Shown: positions 1 through 10,417, counted from the stretch's first letter. The stretch is 64,000 nucleotides of DNA from Nitrosopumilus sp. (GCA_965205675.1 OZ242186.1:1440001-1504000), one strand, 5' to 3'. The notes: a model not told the origin generated them from the sequence alone. Translations and numbers: made by a program.

Positions 1-1
1 C

Positions 2-421
2 CTAGATGAAGAATTAACCAAGGAAATAGAGAAAGCAAATCAACCAGATGAAAAACAAATTTTACTTGAGAAACAAAGAAGGATTTCAGAAAATTTCAAA
101 AACCAAGAAATAAAAGAATTTAAACCCGGAGCAGGGATTTATCACGGATACAGATCAGAGCATTATCTTAGTGGATTGGATTCAGAAATAAGAGATTTGA
201 TCTCAAATCAATTAAATTTTACAAAAAATAATTTTCTAGAAGCTCAGAGCATTAGAGATGAAATTCTTGCAAATGGAGGAACACAAAAAGAAGCAAGAGA
301 AGCATATTTAGATAAAATCACAATGTCAGTAAAAGATCTTGAACAGTTCAATCAAGAACAGCTAGATAAAACGCCAGAAACAACATCGGATGAGAATAAA
401 ACACAAAAAGACAATCCGTGA
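2..421 (+). CDS. C-terminal part of a hypothetical protein entering from upstream of the window
   Basis: Frame open from base 2 (LDEELTKEIEKANQ...) through the annotated ORF 176..421; charged, helical composition. Confidence 0.75.
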   Translation, partial: LDEELTKEIEKANQPDEKQILLEKQRRISENFKNQEIKEFKPGAGIYHGYRSEHYLSGLDSEIRDLISNQLNFTKNNFLEAQSIRDEILANGGTQKEAREAYLDKITMSVKDLEQFNQEQLDKTPETTSDENKTQKDNP

Positions 422-438
422 AGAATTGACAAGTTCTA

Positions 439-615
439 TAGACCTCTTGCGTAATTAGAACCAAAATCTCTTCTTCTGTTTCATTTAACATTCAATCATT
501 CTGGGACATCATGAAATCACAACAAGCTCTTGTTTCTGTCTTGTCCAAGTTGACAATTCCACATATGATGTCACTTATTCCATCGTATCTGCACAATCTG
601 TCTTAAACACTCATC
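439..615 (-). mobile_element. 3' remnant of an IS5-like (ISL2/DDE_Tnp_4-type) element
   Basis: End TA-GACCTCTTGCGTAATTA matches the inverted repeat of the MITE at 38940-39081; minus strand reads ..RLCRYDGISDIICGIVNL.., like transposase C-termini. Confidence 0.45.
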
Positions 616-718
616 CAACGTTTTACAAAAAATTAAATTTAAAAAAATAGATACACAAACAATTAGACTGGTAAACAAGCACTCAGGATTGATTTTATTC
701 CCCTACAATCATAACAAA

Positions 719-797
719 AAATAAAACACATGTAAGAGAATTAAATAAAACACATGTAAGAGAATTAAATAAAACACATGTAAGAGAATTAAATAAA
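719..797. repeat. 24-bp tandem repeat, 3 copies plus a partial copy
   Basis: AAATAAAACACATGTAAGAGAATT x3, no spacers. Confidence 0.95.
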
Positions 798-813
798 AAA
801 AATTTAAAATAAA

Positions 814-1068
814 TTAACGATTAGCATTTTCTTTGAATATTCTAATTGCTTCCAAGTGAGAACAATTTGCCTTCAACCCTTTACCATGATGAAATTTATA
901 AAAATTTTTAAATCCCGGGCATTCACAAGTATCACAAGTTACAAAATAAGATTTCTCAGGATTAGATGAAGATTTTATTTGAAACAGATCATCTTCAATT
1001 TTTACCACGCCTCCACTTTCAACAAGTTTTTTAGCTTTTCTGATTGTATTGGCACTCATACTAATCAC
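814..1068 (-). CDS. SWIM zinc-finger protein
   Basis: CxC...CxH motif (CECPGF...CSH). Confidence 0.75.
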   Translation of the reverse strand: MISMSANTIRKAKKLVESGGVVKIEDDLFQIKSSSNPEKSYFVTCDTCECPGFKNFYKFHHGKGLKANCSHLEAIRIFKENANR

Positions 1069-1184
1069 AATATACTTTAAAGTTTTATTTGTTATTTTTC
1101 ATGACAACAGATAGCAAAACATGGCAGATTCTAATGTGGGTTTTATAAAATAAAAAAGTTTGAAAATTACTCAAAACTGATTTT

Positions 1185-1487
1185 CTAATTTCTGTGATTT
1201 TGGAAGCATTCTCTACAATAAACAGGTCTGTCTTCTTTTGGTTTGAATGGTACTTGGCATTCATTTCCACAGTCACCACATGTTGTGGTATGCATTTCAC
1301 GTGGTCTGTCATCTCTTCTGCCAAATCTACCCCCACCACCACCTTGTCTTGGTTCGGGTTTGTGATTTTGGAAGCATTCTCTACAATAAACAGGTCTGTC
1401 TTCTTTTGGTTTGAATGGTACTTGGCATTCATTTCCACAGTCACCACATGTTGTGGTATGCATTTCTCTTTCTCTATCAAAGGACAT
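1185..1487 (-). CDS. CxxC-x17-CxxC domain protein with two domains
   Basis: Two identical CGDCG...PFKP...PVYCRECF units joined by a Gly/Arg-rich linker; 106-bp DNA repeat at 1193-1298 and 1361-1466. Confidence 0.85.
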   Translation of the reverse strand: MSFDREREMHTTTCGDCGNECQVPFKPKEDRPVYCRECFQNHKPEPRQGGGGGRFGRRDDRPREMHTTTCGDCGNECQVPFKPKEDRPVYCRECFQNHRN

Positions 1488-1574
1488 GTCTTTCTAAATC
1501 TAGGTATTTTTGTGCAGTAATAAACTGTGGGAAAAACATCTATTGTTATAAAGTAATCCCATATCTTCAGATTA

Positions 1575-2627
1575 TTGGGCATGAAAAAATACGTTCTCAC
1601 AAGGACGGTAACAATGTTTGGGGTCTTGATGATCACACTGCTAATCACAATTATGTTAGTAGGTTCAAATATGGATACTATTCTAAAGCAAGGAATTACA
1701 TTCCAAGTAAGATCAGAGATAACAGAGAATCCATCCATTGCAGAAAGTTTCTCATCAGTAGAAGAATTTGAAAATTTTATCCAAAATCAGATTGAACAAA
1801 GAATAAAAGTTTTAGGATTAGATGAGCCATGGTATTCTCCACAGAGAATTGGACTAGCTATGTACAAGATAGTATTACTGGATTTTGGCCATGCGACATT
1901 TCTAACAAGTGATGAGGGGTCTTCGGATGTAAAAGATATTCTCTTTGAGAAACTTCCTAGAACCATATTATTATTCACAACTGCAACCATAATGATATCC
2001 ATCATAGGAATATTTCTAGGGGCATTATCCAGTAATAAGATAGGGTCAGTTATCGACAGAATTACTTCAAGCTTTGCAATAATCAGTTCTAGTTTTCCAG
2101 TATGGTGGATAGGGATGTTGATGATATTTTTATTTGCATTTACATGGCAGGTATTTCCGGCAAGAGCTACGCCAGATATCTCATCATCGGATCCAGCATA
2201 CATAGGATCTTTGCTATATCATATGACGTTGCCAATAATTACAATTGTGATGATCGGATTTGGATCATGGGCATATCTAGTAAGAAATTTCATGGTGGGA
2301 ATTATGCAAGAAGATTTCATCATGGCAAAAAAGACCATAGGAATTAAAGAAAAGAAAATAATCTACACCCATGCATTAAAAAACGCAGCCCCTCCAATCG
2401 TTACAATTTTGGCACTTAGTCTATCAGGATCTCTTGGAGGGTCCATTATCACAGAAGCAGTCTTTGATTGGCCAGGAATGGGAAGACTGTATTTTGAAGC
2501 AATTACAGTGATGGACCTGCCAGTAATTATTGGTGCAACATACTTGCTAACAGTATTCTTTCTAATTAGCATATTCATAGCAGATCTACTTTATGGTTAT
2601 TTTGACCCGAGAGTGAGGACAGGATAA
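1575..2627 (+). CDS. Peptide/nickel ABC transporter permease (DppB/OppB-like)
   Basis: Multi-TM; EAA-type loop; ITEAVFDWPGMG motif; DPRVR end. Confidence 0.9.
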   Translation: MGMKKYVLTRTVTMFGVLMITLLITIMLVGSNMDTILKQGITFQVRSEITENPSIAESFSSVEEFENFIQNQIEQRIKVLGLDEPWYSPQRIGLAMYKIVLLDFGHATFLTSDEGSSDVKDILFEKLPRTILLFTTATIMISIIGIFLGALSSNKIGSVIDRITSSFAIISSSFPVWWIGMLMIFLFAFTWQVFPARATPDISSSDPAYIGSLLYHMTLPIITIVMIGFGSWAYLVRNFMVGIMQEDFIMAKKTIGIKEKKIIYTHALKNAAPPIVTILALSLSGSLGGSIITEAVFDWPGMGRLYFEAITVMDLPVIIGATYLLTVFFLISIFIADLLYGYFDPRVRTG

Positions 2628-3994
2628 TGAACAGCATCACACCTCATGAAATAAAACAAGAGTTCATTAAAAGCAAGATGGGAATAGCAGGAATTGCAAT
2701 CCTGTTAGCACTTGTAGCAATATCAATTATTACCATGATTGGCATTCCAGTTGAAACATTTCAAGAATGGAACAATCCGGGAAATTGGATTTCAAATCCA
2801 AAAGGAGCAGTCCCCATATGGACAAATGTTTTCATGATTGAAAAGATTCCAGAACACAGGATTTTAGATAGTCCCCATATCGAGAAAACCTCAAACCAAA
2901 GCATAAACCTCATATCACATCAATTCGGATTTAATTTTGATTATGATGAATTTCCAAATGATTTCATCTATGAATTTTCTTCAGAATATTCAGATGCACC
3001 ATTATTGCAAATCTCAGTAATAAGACCAGACGGAATTACGCTGAATTTAATATCAACGTCATTGCCACATTCTGATGAAAAAACAACACATGCTGAGAGG
3101 ATTTTCTCCACAGATAATTCTATTAAAAAAAATTTAACTCTACAATCAGATAAATTCGCATTTACATTTGAGAGAATATCTGCTGAAAACATTATCTTTT
3201 CTGAGAATCAAAAAAATACCCCATTGAAAGGAAATTATATTTTTTTAATTGATATGTACGGAATAAATTCTGAGAATCAAATTAATGAATCAAAATTAAT
3301 CATAGGCGGAAAGGCATTTGGCATAATGGGCACTGATGAATTACGAAGAGATTTAGCGATAGGATTGCTGTGGGGAACTCCACTTGCACTATTCATAGGA
3401 TTAGTTGTCTCCATAGCGTCTGTAGTGGCAGGGTTGTTGTATGGAGTATATGCAGGATACAAAGGTAAAAAAACAGACGAAACAATGATGAGATTCAATG
3501 ACGTAATATACGCACTGCCTGCATTACCGTTTTTAATCATATTATCAGTAACAATTAGCAATAGCATATTTGTCATGGTGGGATTTTTGATGATTTTTGG
3601 ATGGGTGGGAATAGCAAAAGTGGCCAGAAGCATGTCCATTCAAATTAAAACTAGAGGGTACGTAGATGCGGCAAACATGATGGGTCAGAAAGACTCCAAA
3701 ATCATACTTCGACATATAGTCCCTCAATTATTACCATATGCATTTGCAAGTATTGCAATCTCAGTTCCTGCTGCAATAACTACCGAAGCAGGTCTTAGTT
3801 TTTTAGGATTAGGAGATCCATCCTTTCCAACATGGGGACAAATCTTACATGATGCAAATACGTTTGGAGCAACAGCTAGAGGAATGTGGTGGTGGATAAT
3901 GCCTCCAGGAATAATGATAGCCATCACAGGTTTGGCATTTGTATTTATTGGAAATGCACTAGATGCAATAGTTAATCCAAAATTAAAAAGATGA
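2627..3994 (+). CDS. Peptide/nickel ABC transporter permease (DppC/OppC-like)
   Basis: GTDELRRD, EAGLSFLGLG and PTWG motifs; coupled to the upstream permease. Confidence 0.9.
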   Translation: MNSITPHEIKQEFIKSKMGIAGIAILLALVAISIITMIGIPVETFQEWNNPGNWISNPKGAVPIWTNVFMIEKIPEHRILDSPHIEKTSNQSINLISHQFGFNFDYDEFPNDFIYEFSSEYSDAPLLQISVIRPDGITLNLISTSLPHSDEKTTHAERIFSTDNSIKKNLTLQSDKFAFTFERISAENIIFSENQKNTPLKGNYIFLIDMYGINSENQINESKLIIGGKAFGIMGTDELRRDLAIGLLWGTPLALFIGLVVSIASVVAGLLYGVYAGYKGKKTDETMMRFNDVIYALPALPFLIILSVTISNSIFVMVGFLMIFGWVGIAKVARSMSIQIKTRGYVDAANMMGQKDSKIILRHIVPQLLPYAFASIAISVPAAITTEAGLSFLGLGDPSFPTWGQILHDANTFGATARGMWWWIMPPGIMIAITGLAFVFIGNALDAIVNPKLKR

Positions 3995-4306
3995 TCACAT
4001 GAAATAATTACGAATAGTATCTAATGCAGAGTCATTAAGTTTGATGGTATATGTCAAGGAGGCAGGGTTATCTTTTGTTTCAGCTAAGACTTCAGTAAAC
4101 TTTACTTTTTCATCTTCTGTAGCACCTGCTTCATGCGCACATAGATTAAACGCTTTAAGATTCAGATTATTTTTAAGCAAATATGCAATGAATTTCTTGT
4201 ATTCTTCAGGGTTTGTCCAATTGGAATTTTTTTCAGAGCATGCGGCAATCCACACGTCAACAGAATTATGGAAAATCACCTTTTTACGAATTTCATCTAA
4301 GGACAT
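3995..4306 (-). CDS. Hypothetical protein
   Basis: 103-aa ORF, normal composition, in a minus-strand gene run. Confidence 0.7.
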   Translation of the reverse strand: MSLDEIRKKVIFHNSVDVWIAACSEKNSNWTNPEEYKKFIAYLLKNNLNLKAFNLCAHEAGATEDEKVKFTEVLAETKDNPASLTYTIKLNDSALDTIRNYFM

Positions 4307-4315
4307 CTTCTATCA

Positions 4316-4708
4316 CTAAAAATCGGCTCTTTGCATTTTGGAACCACAGCGTGGACAAGTTCCACCCTTGTGTTTATTGTTACACACAAGACAGACGTAT
4401 CGTATACCTCCAGAGCCGCCCTGAGAGCCCATACCAAAGAATCCGCCGCCTCCAGTTCCAGAATTTCCGCCATAATTGCCCATACTGCTCATTTGTCGTC
4501 GCCTCATAATCATAGGCAATAAAATGAAGATTGCCATTACAAGTCCAATGCTAATATACCAAGGAACTCCAAGATACCCCAGGCCTATTTGTAATCCAAT
4601 GCTAAACACTAGAGAAGCGCCGAGAAAAATATAATATTTTTTGAGTTGTGGATTCAATTCACTAAAAGTATCTTTAAAACGGTTATAAAGTTTCTTCAAA
4701 TTTTTCAC
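4316..4708 (-). CDS. Small membrane protein with C-terminal zinc ribbon
   Basis: Two TM segments, Gly-rich linker, CLVC...CPRCG; true start may be downstream. Confidence 0.7.
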   Translation of the reverse strand: MKNLKKLYNRFKDTFSELNPQLKKYYIFLGASLVFSIGLQIGLGYLGVPWYISIGLVMAIFILLPMIMRRRQMSSMGNYGGNSGTGGGGFFGMGSQGGSGGIRYVCLVCNNKHKGGTCPRCGSKMQRADF

Positions 4709-4733
4709 GACTGCCGGCAGAATATTTGAGAGG

Positions 4734-5132
4734 TCATTCTACAGAAAGAGGAATGGAATTTCCACCACTATCCCATGCAAAAATAGAATCATCATGGTAA
4801 GGGGATTTTACAATCATTGAAACTAGTCCAAAGAAATTGTGCAAATCAGTGACCGAAGGCTCTGCTGAACCGCTAGGGTGAGAGTGTACAATTCCAACAT
4901 AGCTCATATCAAAAGGCAAGAAAGAATGAGGGAATCCTGCAAAAGTAGGGCCAGTTTCACTAAAGGGAGGTATAACTAGCCCATCCACTTTGATTTGGCC
5001 ATTTTTAGATTTTCCTTTTAAAATCAAAATTCCCTCATTAGGATGTTTCATTTGACAAAAAGACAGGATGCTGTCAAGAACTTCTTTTTTCAATAATACC
5101 GTGCGTGTAAATTTTTTCTTTTTAAATAACAT
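4734..5132 (-). CDS. JAMM/MPN (Mov34) metalloprotease
   Basis: PNE...HSHPSG..PS..D JAMM motif. Confidence 0.9.
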   Translation of the reverse strand: MLFKKKKFTRTVLLKKEVLDSILSFCQMKHPNEGILILKGKSKNGQIKVDGLVIPPFSETGPTFAGFPHSFLPFDMSYVGIVHSHPSGSAEPSVTDLHNFFGLVSMIVKSPYHDDSIFAWDSGGNSIPLSVE

Positions 5133-5163
5133 GAAAACTCTCTATCATAGAACTAATTTAATT

Positions 5164-6444
5164 TTAAGATGTCAGAATAACATATTTTGTATTGGAGAAA
5201 TGTCGTAGTTTTTCTTCAATTTCAGAGATCAATTTTGGTATATTTGAATTAATTTCATCGATTTCACCTTGAAAATTCTCAGATTTGAGTTGGGAATCAT
5301 CCTTTAAAGAAATGTTTTTTTCAAGATCAGATTCTAGTAAAATCAAATCATTAGGCAGCAAAGAATTAACATCCTTTTTGAGTTTGGCGTGTTTCTCATA
5401 ATACTCTGATACTAGTTTTACAAAGCCATCCAAGGATTCCTCAATCTCAGTTATTTGCAAAGATGTTTTTTCAATATCTTTGACAGATATAGAGCCAGAT
5501 GTAACTCCTTTACGAATATTTTCAAGTATTATAATTATAGAATCTTTATTTTCAAGAGTCATAACATTAAACGGCTCTGCAACTAGACTAACTAGAATAT
5601 TTTTTTGATCTTTGTCTAAAGAAGATGCATACTCATATCTGCTTAACGGGCGAGATATTTTAGTAAATTGTGTGTTTATTTGATTTTTGATTTTTGATTT
5701 TTGAGGAATAAATTCGTCAAGAGTATTTTTTAAACTAAGATAAGTTTTATAGTTTTCAGAAGACTTTGCCGTATCAATTGAATTTTTCAGGGTTGATATT
5801 TGTTCATTTAGTGAAAGGATAACAATGTCAATATCTTTAATTTTTTGGGATTTTTTATCACATAAAGCACGCAGTGTTTTAATTTGATCAAGCGTAGCAA
5901 GTATCTCCATTGAAGTAGTTTTTGTGGAATTGAAATTTGTCAAAAGTGTACGGATTTTAGAATGATTGGAATTCATAACTTCAAGATTGTTTTTTAATTG
6001 TGCAGCATATTTTTTAGCAAAAATATGGATTACGCGGGTTTGCCTTCCTAAAACATCGCCTACTTTTTTTAAAATAAGATTTAAAACAGAGTTTAGTTTT
6101 TCTGCATCATCAAAAGAAGAGATTTTAGGTAAAGGGACAACTCCTTTTTTGATTACCTCAATAACTTGTTTTTTGCCTCTAACTACAATAATTGCAAGAT
6201 GTTTGTCAATATCATCAATATTGAGACTGTCTTTTTCAAGAACGTTTCCAATTTTCATCAAATCATCAATTAAGGGTTCAGTCTCATTTCTTAAATTGTT
6301 AATTTCAGATAAAGTTCGTGTTTTTCGTAGAGTGCTAAGATCAGATATAATTTTAGGAATATCCTCTAGTAAGATTTCTTGATCTTGGGGGATTTCCTCC
6401 ACAGGTTTTCCTTCTTGTTTTTTTTTACCCCATCCAAATACCAT
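5164..6444 (-). CDS. Coiled-coil protein
   Basis: 426-aa ORF rich in K/E/L heptads. Confidence 0.75.
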   Translation of the reverse strand: MVFGWGKKKQEGKPVEEIPQDQEILLEDIPKIISDLSTLRKTRTLSEINNLRNETEPLIDDLMKIGNVLEKDSLNIDDIDKHLAIIVVRGKKQVIEVIKKGVVPLPKISSFDDAEKLNSVLNLILKKVGDVLGRQTRVIHIFAKKYAAQLKNNLEVMNSNHSKIRTLLTNFNSTKTTSMEILATLDQIKTLRALCDKKSQKIKDIDIVILSLNEQISTLKNSIDTAKSSENYKTYLSLKNTLDEFIPQKSKIKNQINTQFTKISRPLSRYEYASSLDKDQKNILVSLVAEPFNVMTLENKDSIIIILENIRKGVTSGSISVKDIEKTSLQITEIEESLDGFVKLVSEYYEKHAKLKKDVNSLLPNDLILLESDLEKNISLKDDSQLKSENFQGEIDEINSNIPKLISEIEEKLRHFSNTKYVILTS

Positions 6445-6524
6445 TTCATATCTTTGGGGTTTGGGGGATTAAAAATGGTTGTAAACTAAAATTTAAAATT
6501 CAGCAGTTTTAAGAAAAGAGCATT

Positions 6525-6980
6525 ATGGTAAAAAAGGCATTCCATACAGGAACAGTTAAAAAAATAATCAAGATTAAAGCGTCAAAAGAGAAAGTATGGG
6601 GAAAAATAAGTAACATTGCAGGATTGCCAACATGGGTAGCAGATGTCAAGACAACAACATATCTCTCTAAAAAGAAAAAAGGCATAGGAGCAGTTAGGTT
6701 GATCACATTTGAAGATAACCATGAAATTGAAGAACACATAGTTAGATGGGAAAAAGGAGAATATTTCACATATATTGCAACTAAAGGATTACCTCTAAGA
6801 GCATATGTGGCTACAATTTCCATGGCTGTAAAATCAAAAAATCTTGTAGAATTAACATGGCAGTCATATCTTAATAGCGAAAAAATGTCTAAGAGGGAAT
6901 TCTTAGATTTTGTAGTATTTTTAAGAGCATTTTATGAGACATCATTGAAAAATCTAAAAATTGCACTGGATAAAAAATAA
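6525..6980 (+). CDS. SRPBCC (polyketide cyclase/START-like) protein
   Basis: I.AS.EKVW...W...GIGAVR pattern. Confidence 0.8.
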   Translation: MVKKAFHTGTVKKIIKIKASKEKVWGKISNIAGLPTWVADVKTTTYLSKKKKGIGAVRLITFEDNHEIEEHIVRWEKGEYFTYIATKGLPLRAYVATISMAVKSKNLVELTWQSYLNSEKMSKREFLDFVVFLRAFYETSLKNLKIALDKK

Positions 6981-7027
6981 GCAAATTTCAGATGAAAGTG
7001 TAAATACAGTAAATCCTAAAAAGAACT

Positions 7028-7363
7028 ATGAGCGACATTAGATTTATCCTCGTTGGGATCGGCTTAATTTTTGGAGGATTTCTTATTTTAGGCGGATTTG
7101 GACACGATTATCAAGCTGCAACTTTAGAATCAAATGAATTTGGAACTTGTTACGAATATTCAAAAGATTTACCTCCAAGAGAAATTAATTGCTCAAGTAA
7201 GGTATTTGATCAGATTCTATTTTTTGGATTAGTTTTAGGATTCATCATATCGGGAATTATTGCTTTAATTAAAGGTGCAAGAGGGAATTGGGATAACAAA
7301 ATCAAACCAGAAGACATTGTGGGCCCAAGTAACAATCAAAACAGAGATTCAGATAAAGATTAA
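7028..7363 (+). CDS. Small two-TM membrane protein
   Basis: Two hydrophobic segments around a loop with a Cys pair. Confidence 0.7.
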   Translation: MSDIRFILVGIGLIFGGFLILGGFGHDYQAATLESNEFGTCYEYSKDLPPREINCSSKVFDQILFFGLVLGFIISGIIALIKGARGNWDNKIKPEDIVGPSNNQNRDSDKD

Positions 7364-7529
7364 TTTTATTTTTTAGATTTTAATTTTTCAGTCTCAAGGA
7401 TGCCCTCTTCTTTTAGTCTCTGATGACATATTTCTTCATATGACATTTTTCTCATTGTCCTATTACAGAATTTACATCTAATCCTGGAGAATAATTTGTA
7501 CGCCAACATGTGCAATAAAGAACAAAGTC

Positions 7530-7910
7530 CTAAGATTCAGATTCGATGATATTTTTCATGGAATTAAACATATCGGCAATCTCAGTCATTCTTTGATCAA
7601 ATTGTTCATCCGTTAATCCGTCGGGTTTGTTCAAAGTAATCACAATCTCAGAAACTGCACCACTGGATACTACGCGCATTGGGACATCCCATGAAGATTC
7701 TTCATCAATGTATTGATGATCTAAAATCCCTATAGATTTATTTTCATTAAATTTCAACTGAGATTTTCCATGGGGACCAGTAAATGACCACCATTCAGAA
7801 TCACTGATTTTAGCATAAGGCATCATCGTAGGAGGAATATTCAATACGGCATCAAAAGCATCCCCCGTCTTTTTTGCTACAGGGATAGAAAGAATCCTAG
7901 ATCTATCCAT
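7530..7910 (-). CDS. Hypothetical protein, possible SRPBCC-like fold
   Basis: 126-aa ORF; GILDH...VPMRVV pattern. Confidence 0.65.
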   Translation of the reverse strand: MDRSRILSIPVAKKTGDAFDAVLNIPPTMMPYAKISDSEWWSFTGPHGKSQLKFNENKSIGILDHQYIDEESSWDVPMRVVSSGAVSEIVITLNKPDGLTDEQFDQRMTEIADMFNSMKNIIESES

Positions 7911-7974
7911 AGATATAGATCATAAATAATGATTAAAAAAGATATGGCAGTAATAGTATGAATTGGTGCTATAG

Positions 7975-8151
7975 CTATCTGTTTAGAAATTCTTTAATTT
8001 TCTTAAGATTTGCAACATTTGACTCATGAAACATCACCATTGATTCAGATAAAGAATTAGGCAATATCGTTTTGAGGTTATCGACTAGTTCATCACCACT
8101 AGTTATCATATTATCAATTAGTTTATCAATTTCATTTTTCTCATCAACCAT
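7975..8151 (-). CDS. Small hypothetical protein, 58 aa (below ORF-track cut-off)
   Basis: Manual translation MVDEKNEIDKLIDNMITSGDELVDNLK...KEFLNR*; lies directly after the Lrp gene. Confidence 0.6.
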   Translation of the reverse strand: MVDEKNEIDKLIDNMITSGDELVDNLKTILPNSLSESMVMFHESNVANLKKIKEFLNR

Positions 8152-8173
8152 TTGAATTACGTATGTTCTAATC

Positions 8174-8407
8174 TTAATTATCTTTTTTTATCAGCGTAGC
8201 AGTAGAACGTATATTTTTAAGTTTTTGGATATTCCAAGAAACAATCTCACGGATTTTTTCAAAATTTTCAGCTTGCAGTTTTACCAACATATCATGAGTT
8301 CCAATAGTTTCAAAAACATCCACTACCTGTTCAATCTCCTTTAATTGTTCTATGATTGCAGATTCAGCACCAAGTTCACAGTTTAACATCACATATGCAT
8401 CTGTCAT
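8174..8407 (-). CDS. Lrp/AsnC ligand-binding-domain protein
   Basis: AYVMLNCELG...G.HD.L.K...T.TL pattern. Confidence 0.85.
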   Translation of the reverse strand: MTDAYVMLNCELGAESAIIEQLKEIEQVVDVFETIGTHDMLVKLQAENFEKIREIVSWNIQKLKNIRSTATLIKKDN

Positions 8408-8459
8408 AAAATTAGCAACAACATGTTATTATTTAAAGATGGAGAATTTTAGGCAAAGA

Positions 8460-8597
8460 TGTTGTATCCCAAAATCAGTTCGTCCCTTATTTGACATCGT
8501 ATTCTTCTCCTGTCTGCTCATCAATAACTCTTGTTCCTTTCTCTGGCATCTTTCTTGCATATGCCTTTACAGGGGTCTCAAGATTATCCCAGTCAAG
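8460..8597 (-). mobile_element. IS481-family 3' remnant truncated by IS66
   Basis: TGTTGTATCCCAAAATCAG end; almost identical to 33438-33575. Confidence 0.8.
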
Positions 8598-10008
8598 GTA
8601 ACTGTCTAGAGTTTTGAAGTACTTTCTTTAATATTTTTTATCTATATCTTTTCTGATCAGTGACAAATTACAATATACAATTGTCAGTATATGATGAGCT
8701 GGAATATTATCGTAACAGATGTCACTCGCTGGAGCAAGAAAACCGTCAGTTACGCAAAGATATTGAATCACTACACAGAGAAATTGCAGAACTAAAACAA
8801 ACAGTGTCTACACTTGTTGCAAGAAATATCAAAGCAAAACCAAACAAGACTGAAACTGCAAAAAAGAAGAAAACATCAAGACATCCTAGAAAAAGCAGAA
8901 GCAGACGGGCACACATTGATGATGCCATTACAGTTGACCAAAAAGAGTGCAACACATGTGGCAAATCACTCTCAGAACCAACTGATTCATACACCAGAAT
9001 AGTAGAAGACATCATTCCTGCAAAAGCAGTTGTGACAAAATATACGATAGTTAGACGATACTGCACAAACTGCAAAAAACAAATCTCGGGTAACATTCAC
9101 ACTGTACTGTCAAATGAAAGGTTTGGAATTAGGCTCATGGTGCTAATCACATCACTAAAAACTATCGGATTATCGTATGGTAAAATATCTCATCTTTTGC
9201 AGATGCTCTTCTCACTGCACATTACAGAATCTGCAATTAATCATGCAGTATCAATAGTATCAAAAGCATTTGGGAGCAGATATGATACAATGATTGTGGA
9301 GTTAAAAGAAGATCTAAACATACATGGTGATGAGACAAGTTGGAGGGTAGATGGCCAGAACCACTGGTTGTGGGCATTTGTGAGTAAATGGACTGTAATT
9401 TACGAGATTGACAAATCACGTTCAATGGATGTTCCCAAGAGAATTCTCAAGGAGTATAATGGCAACATTACAAGTGATTCGTACCCTGCATGGAACCATG
9501 TTGGAAACACTCACCAGAAATGTCACATCCATTATCTCAGAGAGGTTAATGATACCATTAATCACAAGAATCCCGGACCAGAATTTGCACCATTTGCCAA
9601 GAATCTCAAGAAAATAATTTATGACTCTCATGGTGTGGCAAAAATAAAATCAGAATCAGAAAGAATCCATGCAAAAAAGAATCTTGAAAGGAGAATTAAT
9701 CACATCATATCAAAAAAATACACAGAGAAAAACTGTATCAGGTTTGTAAAAAGATTGAAACGTGAGAGAAAAATGCTTTTTACATTCCTAATTACTGGAA
9801 CTGATTCACACAATAACACAGCAGAGAGGGCAATCAGACCAAATGTGATAATTCGTAAAATTACAAACGGTCATAGAACCATTCATGGTGCTGATTCTCA
9901 TAAGATACTGATGAGTATAAAGGAGACATGCAGATTACGAGGATTAAACTTTCATGATTATTCTTTAGAATATCTTGGAGATTTTACTTCAAAACTCTAG
10001 ACAGTTAC
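8598..10008 (+). mobile_element. IS66 family (single-ORF ISBst12-type) element, copy 1, 1411 bp
   Basis: Perfect 24-bp IRs GTAACTGTCTAGAGTTTTGAAGTA; no matching 8-bp TSD. Confidence 0.95.
8660..10000 (+). CDS. IS66 transposase
   Basis: Coiled coil, zinc finger, DETSW, SD.Y, CHIH and NN.AERAIR motifs. Confidence 0.95.
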   Translation: MTNYNIQLSVYDELEYYRNRCHSLEQENRQLRKDIESLHREIAELKQTVSTLVARNIKAKPNKTETAKKKKTSRHPRKSRSRRAHIDDAITVDQKECNTCGKSLSEPTDSYTRIVEDIIPAKAVVTKYTIVRRYCTNCKKQISGNIHTVLSNERFGIRLMVLITSLKTIGLSYGKISHLLQMLFSLHITESAINHAVSIVSKAFGSRYDTMIVELKEDLNIHGDETSWRVDGQNHWLWAFVSKWTVIYEIDKSRSMDVPKRILKEYNGNITSDSYPAWNHVGNTHQKCHIHYLREVNDTINHKNPGPEFAPFAKNLKKIIYDSHGVAKIKSESERIHAKKNLERRINHIISKKYTEKNCIRFVKRLKRERKMLFTFLITGTDSHNNTAERAIRPNVIIRKITNGHRTIHGADSHKILMSIKETCRLRGLNFHDYSLEYLGDFTSKL

Positions 10009-10099
10009 ATTTTTTCCCATATCGCCAATAATATGAAAATCTTTTATATCAACAGAGGCATGCCCGCAATCTTGATGAATTTGACCATCGTTTCTGATA

Positions 10100-10416
10100 C
10101 CTCCCATATTTGATTTGTTTTATAATCATTCTTACACAATAATTGACAATTATCCTCAATAGTCTTACCGCCTTTGGTTCCACAGAGTTATATGATCTGC
10201 TTCCATTTCTGATAAATCAAAGTGCTTATTGCACTTTACACAGTTTCCATTTTGTTTTTCATAGACCATTTGTTTCATATTGTCTGTAAATGCACGGATT
10301 GAAAGATATTTTTCATATTTAGTCACAGCATATATGGATAAATACCACTTTTCTTTGGTGACATCATCATCTAGGATAAGCTTCTTAATTTCATCTTCAA
10401 TTTCATCAGCCTGTAT
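10100..10416 (-). pseudogene. Fragment of an HNH endonuclease (C-terminus of DUF262/GmrSD-HNH-like protein)
   Basis: Manual translation with frameshifts: LSIRAFTDNMKQMVYEKQNGNCVKC..MEADHI..GGKT..NCQLLC. Confidence 0.65.
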
Positions 10417-10417
10417 T

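Noticed and set aside
719-797. 24-bp repeats as a CRISPR array
   Set aside because: Copies are directly adjacent with no spacers.
1193-1466. 106-bp exact direct repeat as a mobile or DGR-type repeat
   Set aside because: Explained by the two identical CxxC-x17-CxxC domains; no adenine-specific differences and no reverse transcriptase in the window.
1085-1771. ORFs 1085..1738, 1194..1520 and 1415..1771
   Set aside because: Alternative-frame or antisense overlaps of the CxxC protein and ABC permease.
7366-7509. 47-codon minus-strand ORF with CKFC
   Set aside because: Too short and without independent support.
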